DNA of 29,248 bases from Deltaproteobacteria bacterium (GTDB lineage Bacteria > Myxococcota > Myxococcia > Myxococcales > 40CM-4-68-19). The stretch is from assembly GCA_018266095.1 (NCBI GenBank), contig JAFEBC010000100.1:1-29248 (forward strand), written 5' to 3'. Every line of letters begins with the position of its first letter. The first letter of the stretch is position 1. Positions 8,101 through 16,649 of this stretch are shown one piece after another. The translations under genes were made by a program, and so were the position numbers. A model generated the notes under the pieces. That model ran no database searches. It saw only the letters and a program-made list of their open reading frames with translations, and was not told the origin of the DNA.

Positions 8101-11100
8101 CTAGAACGGGCACGAGAATTCGAGGTTGTTGGAGCGGCAGGCGTCGCGGCCCGGCATGGCCCAGCCGTTGTTCGCGTTGCCGAGGCCGGCGCTGTCGGTC
8201 TGGATGGCGTAGAGGTTGCCCGCGTGCAGCACGTAGAGCACACCGTTCTTGTCCATCAGCATGTCGAGCGTGGTGCCGCTGTCGAGCGCGGGCAAGCTAG
8301 GACCGCTGGTGATCTGGCTGGCGCCGAGCTGCACGCTGGTCAGGCTCGTGGTCGGTCCGGGCTGCGCGCCATAGACGATGGGCGGCGAACTCGAATCGAT
8401 CAGTAACGGCGCGCGCCCGCTCGCGTAGGTGACCCCGGCGACGTTGCTGCCGTTGTTGGCATCAACTGCTTGGTACGCTTGGCCCCCACCCGTGCTGGAG
8501 AAGAGGAAGTAGCCGAAGGCCTGCACATTGAGTGCTGGGAACGCGCTGCTGACCGCGGAGGTCCAGCGGGACACGAAGGTCGAGCCGCTGAAGCCGACGC
8601 GCGAAGCGGACGAGTTGGCCGTGGTGCCGCCGCAGATGAGCTCATCGGCACCGCTCGCGTCCGCGACCACGGCGAGGTTGCCGCTGCAGAGGTTGGCCGC
8701 CGTGTCCGAGCCCGACAGTGTGGGCGTGCCGGAGGAAACGTTCCACACACGCCAGCGGTCGACCCCAGAGCCACTCGCGCTGACGGCATAGATCCTGCCA
8801 CCTCGACCAAGGAATGGCTGGCCTATGCCACCGGCGGATTGGCTCAAGGCCGTCTGCGTTGGCAGAGGACAACTCGGCGAGGCTGTATCGACGACGATCC
8901 ACTCTTTCCCGCGGGTGCTGCACCCAAGTTGTTGATCGCAGGGGCCGCTGCCGTAGTCTCCCGCAAATGAGGCGATTCCGCCGGAGGTGGTGAGGGCGAC
9001 CCAGGATAGCGCCGTGTCGACCGCGGGGTCGTACGGGTTCACTACACACGACAAACCTGTCGCGGATCCGGACATGCTGAAGGCTTGATACCCGATCGGG
9101 TTGGCCGCCACGATGGTGGGCGTCGACGCGGTGCCTCCGATGGCGATCTGGGTCAGGGCTGGCGAGCTAACGTTGAAGCGCTGCCCACCGATGGTGCTCA
9201 AGTTCGCGCGGTCCACGTTCCAGCCCATGAGGCCGACCGACGGCGCGAAACCGACGAGGGTGGTCCCGAGCGCGAGCTGTGTCACGTTGGGCGCGGCGGC
9301 CTTCCATATCTTGTGCGTGTAGTTAAGCAACGTCGGGAAGGTCGCGCAGTTCTTGTTTGCCAACGAGCCGTCTGGCTTCTTGGCGCTGTCGCATACGGTG
9401 GTAGTCAGCGTCAACGGCCCGTCGTTCGCCGCGGCGAACTTGGTGATGCTAGCGAAGTTCACGGTGGCCACCAGGCTGTAGTCGCAACCACCCGCCTGCG
9501 TGACCGCCCACGAAGTGCTGGGTCCACCCGTGATGAACGAACTTATCCCTGCTTGGCTCACTCCGGTGCAGTCGGTGGCGGTGAAGGTAAACGCGGTTCC
9601 GTTGTCCCAGGGCGTAAAGTGTGCGCCGTCGTGTCCCCACGCGAGGGGGCCAGAGGAAGTGGGGTAGGCAACGTTCCCGTTCGAAGTGTGTGGCGGTGCG
9701 TCGTCGATGGTCCGCGTGACGTTGACGCTCTCGCTCAGGCCTACGTTGCTCGTGAAGGCGATGGTGAAGCCGTACGCGCCCTCGGCGCCGACCGGGCCAC
9801 AGAGCGTGGGCAGGTTGAAGGTGAAGGATGTCGTTGATGACGACGCCGGGGCCTGCGTCGCGCTACACCCGCTCGGCGGCGACGGGTTGTTGAGCACGAC
9901 CGACGCGAGGCCGGTCGTGGGCAAGCTGGCGATGCTGGCGGTGACGGGCAAGGAGTACCCGTCCGCGGCAGAACCGCGCGCGTAGACTGTCGAATCGACA
10001 GACGCGCTAGTCGAGATCTGCGTGCTGCTCGCCATGGTGTCATCGAAATGCAGCGTGTACGACAAGTTACTGGCTGAGGTGTTGCCAGCTTGATCATACG
10101 CCTTGAACGACAGCGCATAGTTGGCGTTGGTCCCGCTGGGGCGCGCTGCGTCGTAGTGACAGCTCCAGACGCCGCTCGACGGGCCGGTGCAGTTGGCCGA
10201 GGCGTCAATGCTGAGTACGCCTGCGGCCCCGGGCGCGGTGACCTCGAACTTGGAGAGGTACCGCTCAGTGATCGAGAAGTTCACGCGCACGGCAGGCGCC
10301 GCGCCTGGCGCGAAGTGCGATGCTCCTTTGAACCAAGCAGTGCTGTTCGAATCGATCCCGTCCGGCACGCTCCCGAGCGTGGCGGCCCCGCTGAAGACCG
10401 GGGCCTTGTTGTCGAGCTGCACCGCAACTGTCGTCGTGGTGGCGTTGCCTACACCGTCGACGACGTAAATGGTCAGCGGGTAAGCATTGTCCTCGATGGC
10501 GGCCGTCGAAGGCAGCGTGACGTTTGTAAACGCCCAGAGACCCGAGTTCCGTGTGCCACTCAACCGGTTGCCCGACGTGTTCGCGGGTGAGCAACCGGCG
10601 CAGGCAATCGCCGCACTCGCGACACCAGAGCCGGTATCGACAATGTTAGCAGTAGGTGTGCGCGTGAGGTTCCCGAGGCCCTCGCCGTGCCAAGTGGTGA
10701 AATACGGGTTGTTGGCGTCAGCGGCAGCCGATGGCGCCGAATTGTCCATGAAGATCTCTGTTCGCGAGTCGGTGCCGAGGTTGCCCCGGCCGTCCCTTGC
10801 GCCAAGGGTGCACGGGTAGAGCCCATCACCGTCATCTGGCGTAAGCGTAGCTGTATAAGGAGATCCCGCGCCAGTAATCTGAGCGGCAGTGGCCCCAGAG
10901 CACCCGAACGAGACATCGGCTGGCGCAACAGGGGTACCCTGCAACGGGTCAACGGCGAGAGTGAAGGCGAGCGGCGGGAAACCCTTGAAGTAAGAGATCC
11001 CGCCAGAGGAGTAGTTGGGAACATTCTGCAATGTCCAGGAAACATCAGGAGGTTTGTTGTCGACCAGGACCGTGCTGGTGGTGACGGTACCGTTACCGAC

Positions 11101-12450
11101 GTAGTCGTGGCCCGACACGGTGAAGGCTACCGGCCCCTCGTAGTTCGGCGCAGCTAAATCGGCGGCCGGGAATGTGACCGAATCGCCCGTAAACGAGTAG
11201 GAATGACCGGCCATCACGAGCGAGAGCGTTGACGTGCTCGCTCCAGCGCCCGAGCCATCATCGATCGTCGCCTGGACGGTGGCGTCCGCCACGAAGTCGG
11301 AGGGGCCCAGCACGACGATCACCGGCGGCTGCGCGTCCACGAACAGGTCCCACCCGCCGTTGTGCGCGGGCGTCGCCACGTTGCCGGCCTTGTCGGTCGC
11401 GGTGACGTCGAAGGGCACCGGACCCAGCTCACCGTCCGCGAGCACGAGCGTGGAGTCGATGTCGAAGTGCACGCCGCCGTCCGTGGCGTCGTTGGGCACC
11501 GGGGTGGTGCCGCCGTCGAAGTTGCGCACGAGCAGCGAGACAGAGGCGAGGCCGCTGACGCTGTCGCTGGCGGTGCCGTCGATGGCGATGGTGGCGCCGC
11601 GCGGATACCAGGGCCCGCCGCCCCAGGTGACGTCGAGCTGCGGCGGGGTCTCGTCGACCGTGAGGTTGTGCAGGTCCAGCGCGGCCGTCGCGCCGCCCAC
11701 GATCAGCGAGACCTGGAGCTGCGCAGCGCCGTCGAACTGCGGGCCCGAGAGCGTGAGCGTGCCCGCGTAGCCGAGGGCGCCCGCGTTGGGTGCGTCGACC
11801 TCCGTGGTGCCGAGGACGGTGGTGTCGACCGCGTTGATGAGCGTCACCACGACCTTGTCGGGGAGCGTGGCGGACGACGCCGAGATGACGAACGGGATCT
11901 GCTTGCCGACGACCGCCCCCGCGGCCGGCGATTGGATGATGACGGAGGCGGTGCACCCGGCGCCCACGCAGCCGCCCGCGTCGGGGCCCGCGTCGACACC
12001 TGCGTCCGCGCCCGCGTCTGCCCCTGCGTCGCTGCCGGCGTCCGTCCCGGCGTCGCTGCCCGCGTCCGTTCCCGCGTCGCTGCCCGCGTCGCTTCCGGCA
12101 TCGCTGCCTGCGTCCGTTCCGGCGTCGCTGCCCGCGTCGGTCCCCGCGTCGTGCGTGCCCGCGTCTGTCCCAGCGTCGGAGCCCGCGTCGGTCCCAGCGT
12201 CGGAGCCCGCGTCGGTCCCAGCGTCGGAGCCCGCGTCAGTCCCGGCGTCGGAGCCCGCGTCGGCCCCGGCGCCCGCGTCGAAGCCTGGCAGGTTCGAGTT
12301 CTTGATGCACAGGCCCTCCGCGCACGTCTCGTCCGCCTTGCACTCGCTGTTCGAGCTGCAGGTGGACCCGGCGACGAACGTGGGACTGCAAGCAGAGACG
12401 ACGACGGCGCACGCGAACGCGCCAAGCCAACACGACGAGCGGACGATCAT
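8101..12450 (-). CDS. Giant lipoprotein A (~1449 aa): Cys-rich N-terminus, DAG(S/T) repeat linker, Ig-like repeats, C-terminal beta-propeller-like region
   Basis: Lipobox AVVVSA-C; CSSNSECKADETCAEGLC; ~25 DAG units; VDETPP, VDAQPP, VDNKPP, MDNSAP, LDNKAP and IDDAPP Ig-domain starts; C-terminal tail homologous to lipoprotein B. Confidence 0.85.
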   Translation of the reverse strand: MIVRSSCWLGAFACAVVVSACSPTFVAGSTCSSNSECKADETCAEGLCIKNSNLPGFDAGAGADAGSDAGTDAGSDAGTDAGSDAGTDAGSDAGTDAGTHDAGTDAGSDAGTDAGSDAGSDAGSDAGTDAGSDAGTDAGSDAGADAGADAGVDAGPDAGGCVGAGCTASVIIQSPAAGAVVGKQIPFVISASSATLPDKVVVTLINAVDTTVLGTTEVDAPNAGALGYAGTLTLSGPQFDGAAQLQVSLIVGGATAALDLHNLTVDETPPQLDVTWGGGPWYPRGATIAIDGTASDSVSGLASVSLLVRNFDGGTTPVPNDATDGGVHFDIDSTLVLADGELGPVPFDVTATDKAGNVATPAHNGGWDLFVDAQPPVIVVLGPSDFVADATVQATIDDGSGAGASTSTLSLVMAGHSYSFTGDSVTFPAADLAAPNYEGPVAFTVSGHDYVGNGTVTTSTVLVDNKPPDVSWTLQNVPNYSSGGISYFKGFPPLAFTLAVDPLQGTPVAPADVSFGCSGATAAQITGAGSPYTATLTPDDGDGLYPCTLGARDGRGNLGTDSRTEIFMDNSAPSAAADANNPYFTTWHGEGLGNLTRTPTANIVDTGSGVASAAIACAGCSPANTSGNRLSGTRNSGLWAFTNVTLPSTAAIEDNAYPLTIYVVDGVGNATTTTVAVQLDNKAPVFSGAATLGSVPDGIDSNSTAWFKGASHFAPGAAPAVRVNFSITERYLSKFEVTAPGAAGVLSIDASANCTGPSSGVWSCHYDAARPSGTNANYALSFKAYDQAGNTSASNLSYTLHFDDTMASSTQISTSASVDSTVYARGSAADGYSLPVTASIASLPTTGLASVVLNNPSPPSGCSATQAPASSSTTSFTFNLPTLCGPVGAEGAYGFTIAFTSNVGLSESVNVTRTIDDAPPHTSNGNVAYPTSSGPLAWGHDGAHFTPWDNGTAFTFTATDCTGVSQAGISSFITGGPSTSWAVTQAGGCDYSLVATVNFASITKFAAANDGPLTLTTTVCDSAKKPDGSLANKNCATFPTLLNYTHKIWKAAAPNVTQLALGTTLVGFAPSVGLMGWNVDRANLSTIGGQRFNVSSPALTQIAIGGTASTPTIVAANPIGYQAFSMSGSATGLSCVVNPYDPAVDTALSWVALTTSGGIASFAGDYGSGPCDQQLGCSTRGKEWIVVDTASPSCPLPTQTALSQSAGGIGQPFLGRGGRIYAVSASGSGVDRWRVWNVSSGTPTLSGSDTAANLCSGNLAVVADASGADELICGGTTANSSASRVGFSGSTFVSRWTSAVSSAFPALNVQAFGYFLFSSTGGGQAYQAVDANNGSNVAGVTYASGRAPLLIDSSSPPIVYGAQPGPTTSLTSVQLGASQITSGPSLPALDSGTTLDMLMDKNGVLYVLHAGNLYAIQTDSAGLGNANNGWAMPGRDACRSNNLEFSCPF
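11974..12280 (-). repeat. Coding 12-nt/24-nt tandem repeat encoding ~25 DAG(S/T/A) units
   Basis: Four near-identical 24-nt copies CCCAGCGTCGGAGCCCGCGTCGGT at 12169-12264 plus more divergent 12-nt units. Confidence 0.95.
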
Positions 12451-12488
12451 GCGCGAAACCCCCGACCCCGGAACCAAGGAACCTCAAG

Positions 12489-12539
12489 CAACCACAAATG
12501 ACAGGTTTGAACCTATCTCGCGTGGTTGTCGAAATTCTA
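12489..12539 (-). promoter_or_regulatory. Putative promoter (-10 TAGAAT) with an adjacent nested dyad (operator or 5' hairpin) for the lipoprotein operon
   Basis: Minus-strand TAGAAT at 12539-12534 in an AT-enriched patch; CAACCAC(12489-95)/GTGGTTG(12522-28) and AGGTT(12503-07)/AACCT(12510-14) share one centre. No clear -35. Confidence 0.45.
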
Positions 12540-12664
12540 GATGCACACAAGCCCACATGCGCGCCGAATCGCGTACGTGAACCCCGGTTCCAGCCGCGTC
12601 GCCCTTTGCTTGCGCGACGCCCGCGCTGAAGGTCGGCCTGACGCGAGCGAGACTCACGAACGTT

Positions 12665-12695
12665 CGAAGCGGCCACAGGCATCGTGGCCGCTTCG
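12665..12695. terminator. 12-bp perfect stem-loop downstream of the S41 protease gene (terminator or mRNA stabiliser)
   Basis: CGAAGCGGCCAC-AGGCATC-GTGGCCGCTTCG, 50 nt after the stop; no U-tract, so not a classical intrinsic terminator. Confidence 0.4.
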
Positions 12696-12744
12696 GAGAC
12701 TGCCCCTTCGTCGGATGCGCGGGTGTGCGCCCGCGAATCGTTGG

Positions 12745-15700
12745 CTACCGGCTCGCGCTCTTGGCCGCCAGCGCCGGCACCTTGCGGTGGATGACGACCG
12801 TGCGCTGCGCCTGCAGGTCGTCGTCCTCGCGCGCGATGAGGAACACCGTGTTGTTGCCCGGCTTCAGGGGCAGCTCCGCGGTGAAGTCGATCTGCTGCGG
12901 CCCCTGCACGCTCTGCAGCTCGCCGCGGCCGGTGGCCGTCTTGAAGAACACCTTGCGGTACTCGTTCTCGTGCTGCACGAAGATCTGCAGGTCGCGCATG
13001 CCGCTCGGATCGCCGGCGATGCCCGAGAGCGTGAACTTGTCGGTGTCCACCGCGGGCCCGCCCTTGGAGAGGTCGAGCGAGGTCAGCTTCACGAACGGCG
13101 GCTCGCGCTGCGTCTGCCACGCGACGCCCTTGAAGGCCGCGCTGGGACGCGACTTGCCGGCGTCGACGCTCGCGGTGGTGGGGAGGAAGCCCAAGCGGCC
13201 CTTGGCCCACTCGACCTTGGTGAACTCGCCGTAGCGGCCCTTCGCCGCCAGCACGGTGCCCTTCTTGACCGACGCCAGCTTGCCGCCGCCCGCGTCGGGG
13301 ATGGCCAGCACGAGCGTGTCGGTCGTGACCTTCACCGCGGAGGCCGAGGGCGCAGACACCGGCGCCGTGGGCGAGACCGGCAGCAGGATCTTCTCCTTGG
13401 TGCCCTCCCACAGCTCGCGGTCGCCGATCTCCAGCCGCACCGGCAGGGGCGTGTCGCCGCCCACGTCGGTCTTCTTCATCTCGATGAGGAACGTCGCCGT
13501 CTTGGTCTCGCCCGGCTTGATGGGCCCGAGCTTGGTGCGGCCCTTCTTCACGTTCAGGCGGTCCTCGGCCAGGTTCTTGAGGCTCACGTAGGCGTCATAG
13601 GCCTGGCCTGCGCCGGTGTTCTTCACGTCCACCGTGAGCTCGGTGAGCTCGCCCTTGCGCAGCATGCCGTCACCCTGCCCGCCCTGCTGCAGCGCCTGCA
13701 CGCTCCACGCGAACGCCGGCCGCGGCAGCTCGGCGATGTCGGTCTCGCCGTGCGTGTCGTCGAAGGCGCTGCCCGAATCGTCCTCCCACTTGACCGTGAT
13801 GTCGTCGCGGCGCGAGGGCGTGTACTTGGGGATCTTCACCGGCACCGTCCAGGTGCGCTTCTCGCCGGGCGCCAGCTTGCCGAAGACGAACTCGCGGCGG
13901 TCGAGCGCGGTGTTCACGTCGTTCTTGTCGCCCTTGGTGTAGCCGCGCAGACGGTACAGCGTGGTGGAGCCCGTGTTCTGCGCCGTCACCGAGAGCTGCA
14001 TCGTGTCGCCCGCGGTGGCGCGCGCGGCCTTGACCTCCGCGGACAGCTTGGCCTTGCCTCCAGCCGCCGACGCCTGCGCATCGGCCGGCGCCGCCGACCA
14101 ATCGAGGCCCATCGCCTCCAGCGCCTTCTTCACCTTCTCGGCCTCGGCGGCGCGCTTCTCGGCGACGTAGGGCCGCATCTGCTGGAGCTGCTCGAGGCGG
14201 TCGGTCGAGGTGGCGCGCCCGAGCAGGTCGCGGGCGAACTCGATCTGGTAATCCACGGTCACGCCGTCGTCGTCGTTGAGCTCGTCGTCGAGGTCGTCGT
14301 CCGGCTGCTGGCCGTTCTCGATGGCCTCGCGGTTCTTCTTCTCCTTGGCCGTCTCCTCGCGCAGGAAGCGCAGCGTCTCCGCGGGCTTCGAGATGGCCCG
14401 CGCGCGCGACTCCTTGGCCGCCTCTTCGTCGCGTACGAAGGCGTTGAAGAAGTGCTTCTCGTAGTCCGCCTCGCGGAACGTCTTGGGCGGCGCGAACAGG
14501 TCGATGCGGTCCTTGATGATGCGCGCGGGCACGAGCTCGATGTCGGGCGTGATGCCGACCTCCTGGATGCTCATGTCGCCCGGCGTGAGGTACTGCGCGA
14601 TGGTCAGCTTGAGCGCGGCCTCCTCGCCCGTGTCCTTGTCCTTGAAGTTGTCGTAGAGGAGCTGCACCGAGCCCTTGCCGAAGCTCTGGCGGCCGATGAT
14701 GAGGGCGCGGTTCCTGTTCTTGAGCGCGCCCGCGACGATCTCGCTGGCCGACGCCGAGTCGCTGCTGATGAGCACCGCCAGCGGGAAGTCCTTCTCACCG
14801 CCGTCGTTGCGCGCGAGCTTCTCCTCGCGGACGGTGTTGTTCATGCCGACCGTGGTGACGATCGTGCCGTCTTCCAAGAACGTGTCGCTCACCTGGATGG
14901 CCTGCTCGAGGAGGCCGCCCGGGTTGCCGCGCAGGTCCATCACGAGGCCCTTGAGCTGACCGCCCGGCGCCGCCGCCTTCATGGCGCGGATGGCCGCTTG
15001 CATGTCGCGCGTGGTGGTGCCCGAGAAGCTCGCGAGCCGCACGTAGCCGATGCCGTTGTCGAGGAGCTTGCTCGTCACCGTCTCGTACGTGACCAGCTTG
15101 CGCACGAGGTCGAGCTTCTTCATCTCCGAGCCCTTGTGCGTGACGTAGATGGTGACCTTGGTGTCCGGCTTGCCGCGCATGCGGTCCACGGCCTCCTGCA
15201 GGTCCATCGAGACGGTGCTGTCGTTGTCAATCTGCGTGATCACGTCGCCGCGCTTCACGCCCGCCCGCGCGGCCGGCGTGTTCTTGAGCACCTTCATCAC
15301 CGTGAGGCGATCCTCGCGCATCGAGATGACGAACCCGAGGCCGCCGAACTCGCCGCGCGTCTGGACCTTCATCTCCTTGTACTGGTCGGGCTTGAGCAGC
15401 CACGAGTGCGGGTCGAGCGTCGAGAGCATGCCGTTCACGGCCGCGAACTCGATGTCGCGCTGGTCCTGCTGCGTGACCAGGTTGTCGCGCACGAAGGTGA
15501 AGACCTCGCGCATCTTGAGCGGGATCTGCCAGATGGAGTCGATGTCGGAGTAGTCGAACTCCTTCTGCGCGCCGCCCACGGTCACGAGCACCTTGCCGTC
15601 GGCGATCTTCGCGGGGGCGCGGCCTGCGCAGGCGGCCGGATTGGCGGCGGCGGTGCCGGGCTCCTTGGCCTTCGGATCCTCACAGGGCGGGTTGCCGGCC

Positions 15701-15981
15701 TCGACCATCACCTCGGCGACCTGCTTCTCGACGGCCTCGAGCGAGGCGACGAACATCTCCTTCGGGTTGATGCGCGCCGGGTCGACGTAGTTGTCCTTGA
15801 TGTGGACGATGGCGCGCCGGAAGTTCTCCAGCGAGGCGAGGTCGTAGGTCGACTTCTTCTCGTCCTTCGCGGGCTCGACGGCCGCCTGTGCGTCGCGGGC
15901 CAGCCGCAGATCGCCACCGAGCGGAATCAAGAGCGAGAGAAGAAGTCCGAGAGGCAACGACAGACGGCGGTGCGCGCGCAT
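12745..15981 (-). CDS. S41-family C-terminal processing (tail-specific) protease with a PDZ domain and a long C-terminal Ig-like/SH3-like extension (resembles the myxobacterial MXAN_5808 family)
   Basis: GEFGGLGFVI PDZ start, DLRGNPGGLL, SASASEIVAGAL (catalytic Ser), GRQSFGKGSVQ (catalytic Lys), LKLTIAQYLTP; hydrophobic N-terminus after ATG 15981; ~1078 aa. Confidence 0.92.
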   Translation of the reverse strand: MRAHRRLSLPLGLLLSLLIPLGGDLRLARDAQAAVEPAKDEKKSTYDLASLENFRRAIVHIKDNYVDPARINPKEMFVASLEAVEKQVAEVMVEAGNPPCEDPKAKEPGTAAANPAACAGRAPAKIADGKVLVTVGGAQKEFDYSDIDSIWQIPLKMREVFTFVRDNLVTQQDQRDIEFAAVNGMLSTLDPHSWLLKPDQYKEMKVQTRGEFGGLGFVISMREDRLTVMKVLKNTPAARAGVKRGDVITQIDNDSTVSMDLQEAVDRMRGKPDTKVTIYVTHKGSEMKKLDLVRKLVTYETVTSKLLDNGIGYVRLASFSGTTTRDMQAAIRAMKAAAPGGQLKGLVMDLRGNPGGLLEQAIQVSDTFLEDGTIVTTVGMNNTVREEKLARNDGGEKDFPLAVLISSDSASASEIVAGALKNRNRALIIGRQSFGKGSVQLLYDNFKDKDTGEEAALKLTIAQYLTPGDMSIQEVGITPDIELVPARIIKDRIDLFAPPKTFREADYEKHFFNAFVRDEEAAKESRARAISKPAETLRFLREETAKEKKNREAIENGQQPDDDLDDELNDDDGVTVDYQIEFARDLLGRATSTDRLEQLQQMRPYVAEKRAAEAEKVKKALEAMGLDWSAAPADAQASAAGGKAKLSAEVKAARATAGDTMQLSVTAQNTGSTTLYRLRGYTKGDKNDVNTALDRREFVFGKLAPGEKRTWTVPVKIPKYTPSRRDDITVKWEDDSGSAFDDTHGETDIAELPRPAFAWSVQALQQGGQGDGMLRKGELTELTVDVKNTGAGQAYDAYVSLKNLAEDRLNVKKGRTKLGPIKPGETKTATFLIEMKKTDVGGDTPLPVRLEIGDRELWEGTKEKILLPVSPTAPVSAPSASAVKVTTDTLVLAIPDAGGGKLASVKKGTVLAAKGRYGEFTKVEWAKGRLGFLPTTASVDAGKSRPSAAFKGVAWQTQREPPFVKLTSLDLSKGGPAVDTDKFTLSGIAGDPSGMRDLQIFVQHENEYRKVFFKTATGRGELQSVQGPQQIDFTAELPLKPGNNTVFLIAREDDDLQAQRTVVIHRKVPALAAKSASR

Positions 15982-16150
15982 GCGGGCTCGTTTCAGAAGG
16001 GTTGCCTCGTGCCAACAGCGCTCGAAGCGAAGGACTTCCCGAGTGTAGCGAGTGGGGGGTGTGGCGCCAAGGAGCAATGCTTCGGGGCGCCAGGAGCGGC
16101 GGAGGGTCCCTTGAACGCCAATTGTTTCAATGGCTTGGATGCCGAGGTGG

Positions 16151-16463
16151 CTAGAAGCGCGCCCTCAGGAACAGGCGCAGGGACAGGGGGACCGCGGCGG
16201 CGTCGCCGTACGCCCCACCAAGCTCGGCCCCCGCGGTGCGAGGTGACCCCGACATCGACCGCCCCGCCGCCTGCCGCACCGAGGGAGTACGAGCGGTCGC
16301 CGCCGCAGAAGTAGCAAGTGCCGTGCGCGCCGGTGAGCTGCAGGGTCACGTCGACCGCGCCGGCAGGGAGCGTGAGCGGGCGTGTGACGGGCGAGACCGG
16401 TTCCTAGGCGTGAGCGGCGCTCGCCGCGAGAGCGAACAAGAACAGCAGTTTCGCGAGGTTCAT
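16151..16463 (-). pseudogene. Remnant of an outer-membrane beta-barrel gene (nonsense codon, frameshift, large internal deletion)
   Basis: ATG 16463 gives MNLAKLLFLFALAASAAHA, then an in-frame TAG (16406-16404), then EPVSPVTRPLTLPAGAVDVTLQLTG..CYFC..VDVGVT. A +1 frame continues GAELGGAYGDAAAVPLSLRLFLRARF* (TAG 16153-16151), an amphipathic last strand ending in Phe. Confidence 0.7.
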
Positions 16464-16649
16464 GTGGCGAAGCCCCCCAAGGCCGTCCGCTGTCCACTAT
16501 TCCCTCACAGCGAGCCGGCACCAAGCTGGCGCCCGAAGGCAAGGGTTTGGCGCCTCGGGTCAACGCAGGCGCGCGACCGGATCGGCATCGTGACGGTATG
16601 CTCGCGGCCCTCCGTCGTCGGATCTGCTTCACCCACGAGGTGCTGTCTG

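Noticed and set aside
11974-12280. Possible CRISPR array
   Set aside because: 12-nt in-frame coding tandem repeat with no unique spacers and no cas genes.
8101-12450. TraA/TraB kin-recognition locus or polymorphic toxin (Rhs/CDI)
   Set aside because: No PA14-like-plus-MYXO-CTERM organisation, no OmpA barrel, no RHS/YD repeats and no small downstream immunity-type ORF.
12594-12607. 14-nt match (CCGCGTCGCCCTTT) to the reverse complement of ~24055-24068
   Set aside because: Too short, does not extend, and is plausible by chance in GC-rich DNA.
12541-16314. 1257-aa plus-strand ORF and the 391-aa minus ORF 12236-13411
   Set aside because: Antisense or alternative frames of the S41 protease gene; typical stop-poor shadow ORFs of high-GC DNA.
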